A stretch of DNA of 64,000 nucleotides from a virus (taxonomy: Duplodnaviria > Caudoviricetes), in the IMG/VR virus record IMGVR_UViG_3300020577_007535, positions 1,401 through 65,400 of that record; one strand, written 5' to 3'. A model generated the notes under the pieces. It was not told the DNA's origin. It did no database searches and worked only from the letters and a program-made list of their open reading frames with translations. Position 1 is the first letter of the stretch. Every line of letters begins with the position of its first letter. Positions 1-8,848 of this stretch are shown here, one piece after another. The translations under genes and the position numbers were made by a program.

Positions 1-12
1 CGCCGCATCCTG

Positions 13-1374
13 GTGGCGAACCTGCAGCCCGAAGCCCTGGACCTGGTGCGCGAGCAGCGCCTGACCATGGGCGGCGCCGAGGAGCTGGCGCGCGCTCCCA
101 AGGCCGTTCAGTCCGAGTTTCTCCAGACCATGGCCGATCGCGCGCAGCGGTGGAACGCGCACGAGGTCGAGGGAGCCGTCGAGGTTCGGCGCTTCGTCAG
201 GGAGAAAATGAACGTCGCGCGGCTGATCGACGCACCGTTTAGCTTGACCGATGGCGCCCTGCATGGTGGCGCGTGTGAGCAGTGCCCCAAGAATACGGCT
301 CAGCAGCGCGACCTGTTCGACGAGAAAAGCGGTCCGGGAGAGTGCCTTGACCGTCCCTGTTTCGAGATCAAGCAGACGCGGCACTGGGCCGCAAGAGCTG
401 ATGCGGCGCGGGCAAGCGGGGCGCAGGTGCTCGACGTCGAGGAGTCTCGGAAGTACATCAACGTCGGAGGCAGCGGCTTGCCCTACCGCGGTCCGCTCAT
501 CGACCTCAGCGAAGACTGCGAAGAGGATCCGAAATTCGTCAAGGCGCGGGACGAGTTTGACCAGTTTGATCCGGACGAGGCCAACGGCAAGGACCAGCCG
601 TCAGAGCCCAAGGCTCGGACGTATATGGAGCTCCTGAAAGACCATCTGGCGACCCGGCCCGAGGAAGTCATGGTGGTGACCATGCCGCCGGAGGTGCCGC
701 TCTTGAGCCAGGGCCTGCGGTACTGCGTTCGTCGCGAGCGCCTGGCGGACCTGCTGCACGATGCCGGGTATCCGGAGATTGCCGAGGAGGCCCGGAAGGA
801 GATGGAAAACCGCGGCGTCCAGCCCGGTCTGGGCACGCTCGAATCGCCGGGCAGTGCTGCCGATCGGCACAAGGCCGACCTGGAGCGCCGCGCGCTCGAG
901 CAGAAGGCGCACACCAAAGCGCTCGAGCGCGCGATGGTTAAGCTCGGGGACTTCTTTGATGGGCTCAGCTTCGAACTGCCCAAGGCTCAAGAGGAGCAGC
1001 TGGCGGGCGTGCTGTGCGAGCTCGTGCATTTGCGCTGGACCCGCCAGAGGAGCGGCGCGGCGCTCCGGCGCCAGCTCGGCGAGGATGCGCCGCGGCACGA
1101 GTGGCAGGAGAAGAAGATCAAGACGGATCCGCGGCTCGAGGACTATTCGAGCAAGGATCTGCTCGGCTTTCTTGTCGAGCTCCTGATGGAGAATGAGGCG
1201 TCCAGCGTCGGCACCGTCACTCCCCGGGTCAAAAGAGCGCTCAACGCGCTCAACACGGTCGACTATGACGCCCTGGTCGCCGAGGAAACCAAGGTGCTGC
1301 GGGCGAAGGCCAAGGAAAAAGCTGCCAAGGCATCCTTGACCAAGAAGACCAAGGGCAGCAAGGCGGCCAGCTGA
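13..1374 (+). CDS. ParB/Spo0J-family protein (PRTRC ParB-like), 5'-truncated by the window edge
   Basis: The frame is open from base 1 (RRILVANLQ). It has the ParB central helical region (LQPEALDLVREQRLTMGGAEELAR) and the Cys cluster ACEQCPKNT...GECLDRPCF seen in PRTRC-type ParB proteins. Confidence 0.6.
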   Translation: MANLQPEALDLVREQRLTMGGAEELARAPKAVQSEFLQTMADRAQRWNAHEVEGAVEVRRFVREKMNVARLIDAPFSLTDGALHGGACEQCPKNTAQQRDLFDEKSGPGECLDRPCFEIKQTRHWAARADAARASGAQVLDVEESRKYINVGGSGLPYRGPLIDLSEDCEEDPKFVKARDEFDQFDPDEANGKDQPSEPKARTYMELLKDHLATRPEEVMVVTMPPEVPLLSQGLRYCVRRERLADLLHDAGYPEIAEEARKEMENRGVQPGLGTLESPGSAADRHKADLERRALEQKAHTKALERAMVKLGDFFDGLSFELPKAQEEQLAGVLCELVHLRWTRQRSGAALRRQLGEDAPRHEWQEKKIKTDPRLEDYSSKDLLGFLVELLMENEASSVGTVTPRVKRALNALNTVDYDALVAEETKVLRAKAKEKAAKASLTKKTKGSKAAS

Positions 1375-1673
1375 TGCCGGCGCCGCGGTCCAAGCGCCGA
1401 GCGGGCTGGCACCAGCCCAAGCCCGCGCCCCGAGCAGCGCCGCCGCGGCGCCTCCCGCCACCCCGGCGCAGCCCCTGGCATGTCTTTGACGTGCTTGGGG
1501 TCGAGCTCGGGATGCTCGACAGGATGCCCGAGGCGCGATCCCCCGCGCGCCTGCGGGCAACCCGGACCGTGTTCCTGCTGGTTGCCAGCCTGTATCTGAT
1601 GATCGCAGTCGCGGCCATCCTGAGCCGGCCGGGCGAGGCTGCCCGGATGTCGCAGGAGTCGGCCGAGCGCTAG
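1374..1673 (+). CDS. Small hypothetical protein with a C-terminal transmembrane helix
   Basis: TGATG overlap with the upstream stop; hydrophobic stretch VFLLVASLYLMIAVAAIL. Confidence 0.5.
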   Translation: MPAPRSKRRAGWHQPKPAPRAAPPRRLPPPRRSPWHVFDVLGVELGMLDRMPEARSPARLRATRTVFLLVASLYLMIAVAAILSRPGEAARMSQESAER

Positions 1674-1701
1674 AGCAGCACCCACCACGAAAGGCAAGAC
1701 C

Positions 1702-2769
1702 ATGACCGAACAGACCGAAGAGCAGCCGCCGATCCTCCCGCCCCCGCCGACCCCCGTCGAGCTGCTGCTTGACAAGCTCGAAGGGATTTTCCCCGACCCG
1801 CCGGAGGCAAAGCCGGGCAGCCCCGGGTGGGGCCTGCTGCAGCTGATGGGCCACAACCAGCTGTATGGCTTCGTGATGGAGTCCGAGCTGGCGGGGCTGC
1901 GCGTGCTCCGCATCGTCTCCCCGGCTGATGCGTCCGGCCGCTGGCAGGAGCTCGGCAAGTACAGCCCGGGCGCTGTCTACGGCTTCACCCCCTCGACTAA
2001 GCGCCAGGTGCTGGAGAGCCTGTTCTGGGTGAGCGATGCGCTCCGCCGCGCGCGCACCGGGCAACTCGCGCTGCGAGCCCCCGAGCCGCTGGACGCTGAC
2101 GAAGACGACCTGGAAGACCTCGACGATGGCGATCGCTTCGACGACTTCGAGGCCCCGGGCATCCGCGCCGAGCTGGCCGCCGCCGAAAAGAAGCTGGCCG
2201 AGCAGACGGAGCGCGCGGACAAGGCCGAGGCGCAGCTGAAGCGGTACCAGGACGCAGCGCAGCCGGAAGCGGTGAAGCGGCTCGAAGACATCCTTCACGA
2301 CGCCAACACCAACATGGACAGCCCCGACGCGAACGTGCTGTGCAAGGCGCTGGCTGACGCGCTCGACGTCGTGCGGGCCCAGGGATGCGAACTGCGCCGC
2401 GTGCTTCATGAGCCCCCGCCGACGTCGTATGTCGAATTTAAGCGGCGCCACCGGCTGGATGCGATTGCCGCCGCGCGCCCGCAAACCTCGGCCCAGTTCG
2501 ATATCCTTCGAGTGTTCAGCGATTGGCATGTCCGGGATGCTGCTGGCGATCGACTTCAGCTTCCGGAGCAGTTCTGTGTCGCGAGCTTCGAAGATCTCAA
2601 CCGCGCCGTGCTTTGTGATCTGACGGGCCGGGTGATCGATACCGTCGATATCGACCAGATCGTTCAGTTTGTTGGAGTTGCGGCGCAGCTGAACCCGCCC
2701 AACGAAAAGCCCAAGGCCGCGGCGCCTGCGGCCGACGAAGAAGTGCCCGACTGGGTGACGAACAAGTAG
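1702..2769 (+). CDS. Hypothetical phage protein
   Basis: 355-aa ORF in operon order. The N-terminal WGLLQLMGHNQLYGFVMESELAGLRVLRIV resembles a common phage hypothetical domain, followed by a coiled coil. Confidence 0.7.
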   Translation: MTEQTEEQPPILPPPPTPVELLLDKLEGIFPDPPEAKPGSPGWGLLQLMGHNQLYGFVMESELAGLRVLRIVSPADASGRWQELGKYSPGAVYGFTPSTKRQVLESLFWVSDALRRARTGQLALRAPEPLDADEDDLEDLDDGDRFDDFEAPGIRAELAAAEKKLAEQTERADKAEAQLKRYQDAAQPEAVKRLEDILHDANTNMDSPDANVLCKALADALDVVRAQGCELRRVLHEPPPTSYVEFKRRHRLDAIAAARPQTSAQFDILRVFSDWHVRDAAGDRLQLPEQFCVASFEDLNRAVLCDLTGRVIDTVDIDQIVQFVGVAAQLNPPNEKPKAAAPAADEEVPDWVTNK

Positions 2770-2779
2770 CCCCACCCCC

Positions 2780-2838
2780 GCGAGCACGGGACTGCTGCAA
2801 AGGCAAGGTTCCGTGCTCGCCTCTCCCGTGGTAGGAGA
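2780..2838 (+). promoter_or_regulatory. Two hairpins in the queD leader; the second pairs with the Shine-Dalgarno
   Basis: GCGAGCACGGGA (2780-2791) pairs with TTCCGTGCTCGC (2809-2820). TCTCC (2822-2826) pairs with GGAGA (2834-2838), 6 nt before the queD ATG. Confidence 0.5.
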
Positions 2839-2844
2839 TCCCCC

Positions 2845-3375
2845 ATGGCCCTGTGTCCTCCAGTCCCTGTAGCCAATCCCGTCGTTACCATCTCCAAAGA
2901 GATCAAGTTCTCGTCGGCTCACGAGCTGCCGCACCATCAGGGCAAGTGTAAGAACAGGCACGGCCACACATACGTGCTTCAGGTCAAGATCCGGGGCTTC
3001 GTGCGGCCCGTGGATGGGCAGTCCGAAAGCGGCATGGTCTTCGACTTCAGCCGACTCGGCCGGACGCTCAAGCGACTGCACGACGAGTGCCTGGACCACA
3101 AAAATCTGAACGACTTCGACGAGTACCCGACGGCTGAGCGCATGGTGCTGCGCATCGCGTACCTGCTGCTGCTCGATCTGGGCCCGGATCTGCACCCCTT
3201 CGGCGCCTCCATCGCAAGCGTCCGGCTTTACGAGGAGAGCGTTTTTCCCGCCTGCTACGCCGAGATCGAAAACCCGAACCTGCGCATGCTCGGCGATGCC
3301 CTCCCGGACACGAAGCTCTGCCGTCGGGCGGAGTGGACGTCGGTTCCGCTCCTAGGCTCGCGCGTGAATGGCTGA
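2845..3375 (+). CDS. queD: 6-carboxy-5,6,7,8-tetrahydropterin synthase
   Basis: KFSSAHELP, CKNRHGHTY, GMVFDF, LDHKNLND, PTAERM, VRLYEE are PTPS/QueD motifs. Confidence 0.92.
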   Translation: MALCPPVPVANPVVTISKEIKFSSAHELPHHQGKCKNRHGHTYVLQVKIRGFVRPVDGQSESGMVFDFSRLGRTLKRLHDECLDHKNLNDFDEYPTAERMVLRIAYLLLLDLGPDLHPFGASIASVRLYEESVFPACYAEIENPNLRMLGDALPDTKLCRRAEWTSVPLLGSRVNG

Positions 3376-4097
3376 TGCCGCGCTACCCCATCCATGAGCA
3401 CTTCGCCACCTTCCAGGGCGAGGGCGTAAACGTCGGCACCCGGGCCTACTTTATCCGGCTCTACGGCTGCGATGTGCGCTGCTCGTTCTGCGACAGCGCC
3501 GGCACCTGGCACCGCGACTTCAAGCCGGACAACCTGCTCCAGCTGAGCGCCGAGGAGACCGCGGACCTGGTGACGCTGCCGATCCGCTCCCTCGTCGTCA
3601 TCACGGGCGGAGAGCCGGCGCTGCACGACCTCACGCCGCTGTGCTCGGCGCTGCACCAGCGCGGCGCCTATCGCCTCGCCATCGAGACGGCGGGGCACCA
3701 GCCGCTGCCGCGCTTGTTCGATCACGTCGCGCTCAGCCCCAAGACCAAATTCGGGGCGCAGCCGTTGCCCGACAACGTGGTCATGGCGAGCGAGTTCAAG
3801 ATCATCGTCGAGGACGAGGGCGACATCATCGACGGCATCAAGGCGATCGCGGCGCACCGCCGGCCGGGCACGCCCGTCTGGCTGCACCCAGAGTGGTCGC
3901 GCGCGCAAGACCCCAAGGTGCTGCACACCATCCGCGACGCGGTGCTCAACGGTGAGCGCTACCTGCCCGATCCAAACTCGCTGCGCGCCGGCTACCAGTT
4001 GCACAAGCTGTATGCGGCCGACGAGATGAGCGGCGCCGCCCGGCCGCCGGTCCCGCTTGGCGGCCGGCGCGGCCCCCTGCCTCCGAGCTCGCGCTGA
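3375..4097 (+). CDS. queE: 7-carboxy-7-deazaguanine synthase (radical SAM)
   Basis: FATFQGEG, FIRLYGCDVRCSFCDS (CX3CX2C), VVITGGEP, IETAG, LSPK, YQLHK. The ATG at 3375 overlaps the queD stop. Confidence 0.93.
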   Translation: MPRYPIHEHFATFQGEGVNVGTRAYFIRLYGCDVRCSFCDSAGTWHRDFKPDNLLQLSAEETADLVTLPIRSLVVITGGEPALHDLTPLCSALHQRGAYRLAIETAGHQPLPRLFDHVALSPKTKFGAQPLPDNVVMASEFKIIVEDEGDIIDGIKAIAAHRRPGTPVWLHPEWSRAQDPKVLHTIRDAVLNGERYLPDPNSLRAGYQLHKLYAADEMSGAARPPVPLGGRRGPLPPSSR

Positions 4098-4264
4098 TGG
4101 AGCCGCTGCGGCATGTCGCAGGCCTGCTGCTTGCGGCGACCTTCGGGGCGGTGTGCGCCTGGTCGCGGCTGCCCGCGCCGGCGCCGCCCACGCTCTATGG
4201 GGCGCTGCTCGTCGTGGGTGCCACTAGCGGCTACATAATCACCACGCGGCTGCTCGGCCGCTGA
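4097..4264 (+). CDS. 55-aa membrane protein, XapX/DUF1427-like (not in the ORF track)
   Basis: MEPLRHVAGLLLAATFGAVCAWSRLPAPAPPTLYGALLVVGATSGYIITTRLLGR: two hydrophobic helices flanking a P-APP motif. The ATG overlaps the queE stop. Confidence 0.65.
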   Translation: MEPLRHVAGLLLAATFGAVCAWSRLPAPAPPTLYGALLVVGATSGYIITTRLLGR

Positions 4265-4276
4265 GGGGACCGCTGC

Positions 4277-5095
4277 GTGCACCTGCATCTGGCAACGGGG
4301 ATGATGATCCGCGGGCACATCGACTGGATCTACAACCGGGTGCGACGAGACATCCCCAAGCCGCTACTCACCTACGCCTACCCCGAAGCCGTCGAGACGA
4401 TCCCGGTGCACCTTCTCGGCAGCGAGCCGGTGCGGCTGCTGGTCGACTCGGGCGCCTTCACCGCGTTCACCCAGGGCCAAGTGCTCCGGCCTGAAGAATA
4501 CGCCGAGTGGGGCCGCGCGCTCGAGCGCCGCTGGTCCTGGCGGCTCGCGGGCCTGCGCTTCTTTTCGCTCGACGTCATCGGCGATCAAGAGGCGAGCTGG
4601 CGCAACCACACGCGCCTAGAACAGCTCGGGCTGCAAACGATCCCGATCGTCACCTACGGCGCCGAGATGCGGCACTTGGACCGGGCGCTCTGCTACCCGT
4701 ACATGGCGCTCGGGGGGCTTGTGCCGCTGGCCACCCGGCGCGCAGAGCTCGAGTCCTGGCTCGACGTCTGCTTTGCCAGGGTGCGGGCCCACCAGCAGCG
4801 CGTGGGCACCTGGCCCAAGGTCCACATCCTGGGCATCAGCCAGGAGTGGGTGTTAAACCGCTACCCCGCCTACAGCGCCGACAGTTCGACGTGGGCCAAC
4901 GTTATGCGCTTTGGTGCCATCAGATTTGGTGAAGCCTCTGATATGGGTGGTCACAGGCAGATGCCAAAGCCCCAGAGCCAGCGCGAGCAGCTCATCACCT
5001 GCGCTGCGCTGCGCCGCGAGATCAACGTCTACCGGCAGATGGAGCGGCACGCCACCGAGCGCTGGACGGCGCGGGGCGTGACGTTCGAAGATTGA
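4277..5095 (+). CDS. dpdA: DpdA-like deazaguanine DNA transglycosylase (TGT fold), paralogue 1
   Basis: LLVDSGAF, SLDVIGD, MALGGLVP, VHILG and ADSSTW motifs; embedded among preQ0 synthesis genes. Confidence 0.8.
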   Translation: MHLHLATGMMIRGHIDWIYNRVRRDIPKPLLTYAYPEAVETIPVHLLGSEPVRLLVDSGAFTAFTQGQVLRPEEYAEWGRALERRWSWRLAGLRFFSLDVIGDQEASWRNHTRLEQLGLQTIPIVTYGAEMRHLDRALCYPYMALGGLVPLATRRAELESWLDVCFARVRAHQQRVGTWPKVHILGISQEWVLNRYPAYSADSSTWANVMRFGAIRFGEASDMGGHRQMPKPQSQREQLITCAALRREINVYRQMERHATERWTARGVTFED

Positions 5096-5104
5096 AAGGA
5101 CGCC

Positions 5105-5863
5105 ATGACCACCGACGAAAAAACGCCCGAGACCTGTGCCAGCTCCGACCCAGCAGGAGACGCCGCGCCGCCCGAAGACTTTGCGCCCGAGAGCCTGCAT
5201 TCCGAGCCCGAGCCCGGGACCAGGCTCGGGCCACCGGGTCGGCTCGATGCCGAGCGGGCCGTTTGGACGCTGCTCAGCTACATCGGCGAGGACCCCCGCC
5301 GCGCGGGCCTTCGGGACACGCCCGCGCGCGTCGTACGGAGCCTGGAGGACATGACCCGGGGCCTGCGCGAGCCGCACGAGCTCAAGCTGACGCTGTTCGG
5401 CCTGGTCGAGGCCGATCCACATGAACCGGTCATCGTCCGCGGCATCGAGTTCTCAAGTCTCTGCGAGCACCACCTGCTGCCCTTTGTCGGCAAGGCGGAC
5501 CTGGCCTACCTACCGGTCAATCGCCACGTCCTCGGGCTGTCCAAGCTCGCGCGCCTGGTGCAGCACCACGCCGCTCGGCCGCAGGTCCAGGAGCGCCTGA
5601 CAGCGCAGATCGCCGCCGACCTCGGACGCGCGGCCGCGGGCCTGCCGCTCGGGCCGCCCAAGGCAAAGCCCGCCCGCCTCGCCGCGCATCAGCAGCCCGT
5701 GTTGCACAGCTTTGCGCGCCTGGTGGCAAAGCACGGGTGCATGCACTGCCGAGGCGTGCGCACGAGCGCCAAGACCATCACCACGATCGGCACCGGCAAG
5801 CTCGCGCAGGGCGAGACCCTGCGGGGCTACGTCGAGCGGCAGCTCGGAAACACCACTTACTAA
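5105..5863 (+). CDS. folE: GTP cyclohydrolase I
   Basis: [55 protein letters not shown]; carries an insertion of about 25 aa before the last Zn-ligand Cys. Confidence 0.93.
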   Translation: MTTDEKTPETCASSDPAGDAAPPEDFAPESLHSEPEPGTRLGPPGRLDAERAVWTLLSYIGEDPRRAGLRDTPARVVRSLEDMTRGLREPHELKLTLFGLVEADPHEPVIVRGIEFSSLCEHHLLPFVGKADLAYLPVNRHVLGLSKLARLVQHHAARPQVQERLTAQIAADLGRAAAGLPLGPPKAKPARLAAHQQPVLHSFARLVAKHGCMHCRGVRTSAKTITTIGTGKLAQGETLRGYVERQLGNTTY

Positions 5864-5872
5864 GGAGGCCCC

Positions 5873-6607
5873 ATGCTCGATCGGCTCGAAGATTTCCCCG
5901 CCTGCATCCCCCACCCGCGGCCCGTCACCTCCGTTGCGCTGCTGTCGGGCGGACAGGACAGCGCCGTTACGCTCGCGCTCGCGCTGGCCAACAGCGAGCG
6001 CGTCCTGGCCGTGAGCTTCGACTATGGGCAGCGGCACCGGGTCGAGCTCCGCTGCGCGCAGGTGATCGCGGACTTCTTCCGCGTCGAGCATTTGATCTTG
6101 TCGGTCCGCGCGCTCGCCGAGATCGGAAACTCCGCGCTGCTCTCAAGCCGCCCCGACGCGATCGGCTCTGCCCATCCGCAGGCGCCCGACCTGCCAGCCT
6201 CGTTTGTGCCCGGTCGCAACGGCCTGTTCATGCAGCTCGCCGCCGCGGCCGGCTACGCGCGCGGCGCTGCGCTGCTCTGGGGCGGCTGGTGCCAGACCGA
6301 CTACAGCGGCTATCCCGACTGCCGCGCCGAGTTTTTACAGGCGCAGGAGCGCGCGCTGCAGATTGGCCTTGGCCGCCAGGACCTCACGGTCTGCGCGCCG
6401 CTGCTCCACCAGAGCAAGGCCGAGACCTTCCGGATCGCGCGCCGGCTCGGGGAGACGATCGAAGAAGTCGTGCTCGAGCACACCATGACCTGCTACCGCG
6501 GCGACCGCTCGCAGCGCCACCCCTGGGGCTACGGCTGCGCGGACTGCCCGGCCTGCGGCATCCGCGCCCGCGGCTTCGCTGAGTACCAGGCACATCCCGC
6601 CCTGTAG
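5873..6607 (+). CDS. queC: 7-cyano-7-deazaguanine (preQ0) synthase
   Basis: LLSGGQDS, SFDYGQRH, FVPGRN, TDYSGYPDCR, TMTCYRG, GCADCPAC. Confidence 0.95.
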   Translation: MLDRLEDFPACIPHPRPVTSVALLSGGQDSAVTLALALANSERVLAVSFDYGQRHRVELRCAQVIADFFRVEHLILSVRALAEIGNSALLSSRPDAIGSAHPQAPDLPASFVPGRNGLFMQLAAAAGYARGAALLWGGWCQTDYSGYPDCRAEFLQAQERALQIGLGRQDLTVCAPLLHQSKAETFRIARRLGETIEEVVLEHTMTCYRGDRSQRHPWGYGCADCPACGIRARGFAEYQAHPAL

Positions 6608-6651
6608 ACCTCGCCTCATTTCAGGCCGAAAAACAGGAAACCCCCGCCGCT

Positions 6652-7443
6652 GTGCATCTGCATTTTGTCACCACCCACCAGGCGCCCGGCGGACCGCATC
6701 AGGCCCTGCGCAGCGAAGGTGCTGCCGCCTCGCTCATGAGCTACGCGCACCGGCGCGTCGAGCCCTTTTTGAGCGGCTGCTGGGGACCTCATCACCGGCT
6801 GATCATCGACTCGGGCGCCTTTTCGGCCTGGTCCGCGGGCGAGGTCATTCGCCCCGAGGCTTACGCAGAATGGGCGCTCCGGTTCCAGCGGCGCTGGCGC
6901 GGCCGGCTCGGGGCGCTTGAGTTCATGTCGCTCGACGTCATCGGGGACCAGGCCGCATCGTGGCGCAACCACCAGGCGCTGCGCCTTGCGGGCCTGGACC
7001 CGATCCCGATCGTCACCCATGGGGTCGAACTCCATCACTTGGACCGCGCGATGGACGAGCACCCGCGCGTGGCGCTCGGGGGCCTGGTGCCGCTCACCCG
7101 CGACGCCCGAGCGCTCCGCGGGTGGCTCGACGCCTGCTTTGCGCGGGTGCTCCGCCGCTACAAAACCACGGGCAAGATCGCGCGGCTGCACCTGCTCGGG
7201 GTCACCCAGCCCTGGGTGATGCGGCGCTACCCGGCTTTCAGCGTGGACAGCAGCTCCTGGGAGGTGCTCATCCGCTACGGCGGCGCCGGCGGCATGCTCG
7301 GCGCACACGAAAAGGTCCCGCACAACACCGTGGCGCCCGCCATCAACGTCTACGCGCTGCGCCAGCAACTCCGCCTGTATCAAGGGCTTGCGCGGGAGGC
7401 GTCTGAGATCTGGCGCGCCCGTGGTATTGATTTCGACGCATGA
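6652..7443 (+). CDS. dpdA: DpdA-like deazaguanine DNA transglycosylase (TGT fold), paralogue 2
   Basis: LIIDSGAF, SLDVIGDQAASWRNH, VALGGLVP, LHLLG, VDSSSW; clearly collinear with 4277-5095. Confidence 0.8.
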   Translation: MHLHFVTTHQAPGGPHQALRSEGAAASLMSYAHRRVEPFLSGCWGPHHRLIIDSGAFSAWSAGEVIRPEAYAEWALRFQRRWRGRLGALEFMSLDVIGDQAASWRNHQALRLAGLDPIPIVTHGVELHHLDRAMDEHPRVALGGLVPLTRDARALRGWLDACFARVLRRYKTTGKIARLHLLGVTQPWVMRRYPAFSVDSSSWEVLIRYGGAGGMLGAHEKVPHNTVAPAINVYALRQQLRLYQGLAREASEIWRARGIDFDA

Positions 7444-8234
7444 CCACGCCGCAAGTCGCCCCGCTCCCCATCGATCTGACCCGCCGCCAGGGCCCGCTGC
7501 CGCAGCTGCCGACCCTGCCGCAAAACGCCAAGGCCGCCCGGCGGACCCAGCTGGCAGCGCTCGTGCCGCAGGATGTGCCGATCCAGCTCATCCACTTTTT
7601 CCCGGACAACCACAACGAGCAGGACGAGCGGACCTTTGCGGGCGAGTGCGAGAGCCTGCTGCGCTTCGGCATGGTCGATCCCTGCTTGGTCCGTCCCTTT
7701 GACGAGGCAGACCTTGCGGCCGGCATCGGCGAGCCGGGCGGCTACGAGATGATCGACGGCGAGCACCGCACCCGCAGCATCTTCGCGTGGATGGAAAAGG
7801 GACTGCCCGAGGGCGCCCACAAGGACCTGGTGTACCTGTGCCAGCAGATGGTGGTGCCGTGCCTGGTGCAGCCGATGTCCCGCGCCTGGGCCGCGCGCTT
7901 GCGCATCGTGCTGTCCGAGACTCGAGGCCGGAGCAACGCCGTCAAGCTCGGCAAGGTGCTCAGCCAGCTCGTCGATTCGGTGGGCCTGGAAGAGCTGCGC
8001 GTCGGCACGCCCTGGACGGTCGAGCATGTGCGCGAGATCGTCGAGGTAGGGAAGTTTGACTGGGAGGCCTTCGAGCGCGCCGCCGCCGAGCGCAAGGCCG
8101 GCGCCAAGTCCGAGGCGACCGGGACCGTCAAGGTCACCATCGAGTGCCCAAAGAGCGCCCAGGACCAGCTGCACGCCGACATGCGGCCGCTCATCGAAAA
8201 GCACGGCCTGCGCGTCAAAGTCGCCAAGAAGTAG
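7440..8234 (+). CDS. ParB/Srx N-terminal-domain protein
   Basis: PDNHNEQD...ESLLRFGMVDPCLVRP...YEMIDGEHR is a ParB-like signature; overlaps the dpdA-2 stop. Confidence 0.75.
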   Translation: MTTPQVAPLPIDLTRRQGPLPQLPTLPQNAKAARRTQLAALVPQDVPIQLIHFFPDNHNEQDERTFAGECESLLRFGMVDPCLVRPFDEADLAAGIGEPGGYEMIDGEHRTRSIFAWMEKGLPEGAHKDLVYLCQQMVVPCLVQPMSRAWAARLRIVLSETRGRSNAVKLGKVLSQLVDSVGLEELRVGTPWTVEHVREIVEVGKFDWEAFERAAAERKAGAKSEATGTVKVTIECPKSAQDQLHADMRPLIEKHGLRVKVAKK

Positions 8235-8249
8235 CCCACCCGCTGCGCA

Positions 8250-8804
8250 ATGCCCCGCCGCCCCGCCACGGAGCCGAGCGCCATCCCTCCGCCGCGGCCG
8301 CCACTCAAGCTCCGCCAGCAGACCCAGCAAAGCCCCCCGCCCCCGCGCTCTGAGCCTCAAGTCCCCGAGGCCGAGCGCATCGAGTACGTGATCCAGCTGC
8401 TCAGCAGCGGCTTTACCCGCGCCGAGATCCTGCCGCACCTTGCGCGCAAGTTCGAGGTGGACCGCCGCGCCGCCGCCCGCTACCTCGCCGAAGCGCTCGC
8501 CGAGCTGCGCCGCGCCGCCGCCATCCAGACCACCACCGAGGGCGTGCAGCATGCCGCGATGCTCCGGAGCCTCTACCGGGACTGCGTGCGCACGCAAGAC
8601 CTGCGGACCGCACTCGATGCGCTCAAGCTCCTCATGCGGGTCTCGGGCACCACAATCGCCGAGAGGGACAACGGGGTCCTGATGGTGATTGACGGGCGCG
8701 ACCCAGCGGACCGGAGACAGGGCCGGCGCCTGCCGCCGCCCGAGGTGCTGGACGTTTCGGACCTGGGCGATTTCCCGTCGGGCCAGCCTCGGAAAAAAAG
8801 ATAG
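8250..8804 (+). CDS. HTH protein, terminase-small-subunit-like
   Basis: ERIEYVIQLLSSGFTRAEI...ARKFEVDRRAAARYLAEA (HTH), then DLRTALDALKLL. Confidence 0.5.
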   Translation: MPRRPATEPSAIPPPRPPLKLRQQTQQSPPPPRSEPQVPEAERIEYVIQLLSSGFTRAEILPHLARKFEVDRRAAARYLAEALAELRRAAAIQTTTEGVQHAAMLRSLYRDCVRTQDLRTALDALKLLMRVSGTTIAERDNGVLMVIDGRDPADRRQGRRLPPPEVLDVSDLGDFPSGQPRKKR

Positions 8805-8848
8805 GGACTACCCGTCTATGCGGGGCGGCGCGTAGTATGGACAAACCC

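Noticed and set aside
2770-2844. Known preQ1 riboswitch upstream of queD
   Set aside because: No match to the class I, II or III consensus as I recall them; kept only as an unclassified structured leader.
601-3195. 864-aa minus-strand ORF, and similar long antisense ORFs at 10247-12451, 24063-25646, 29424-31328, 31776-33842, 38364-39602 and 48240-50177
   Set aside because: They are shadows of well-supported plus-strand genes; long antisense frames are expected in very GC-rich coding DNA and show no motifs.
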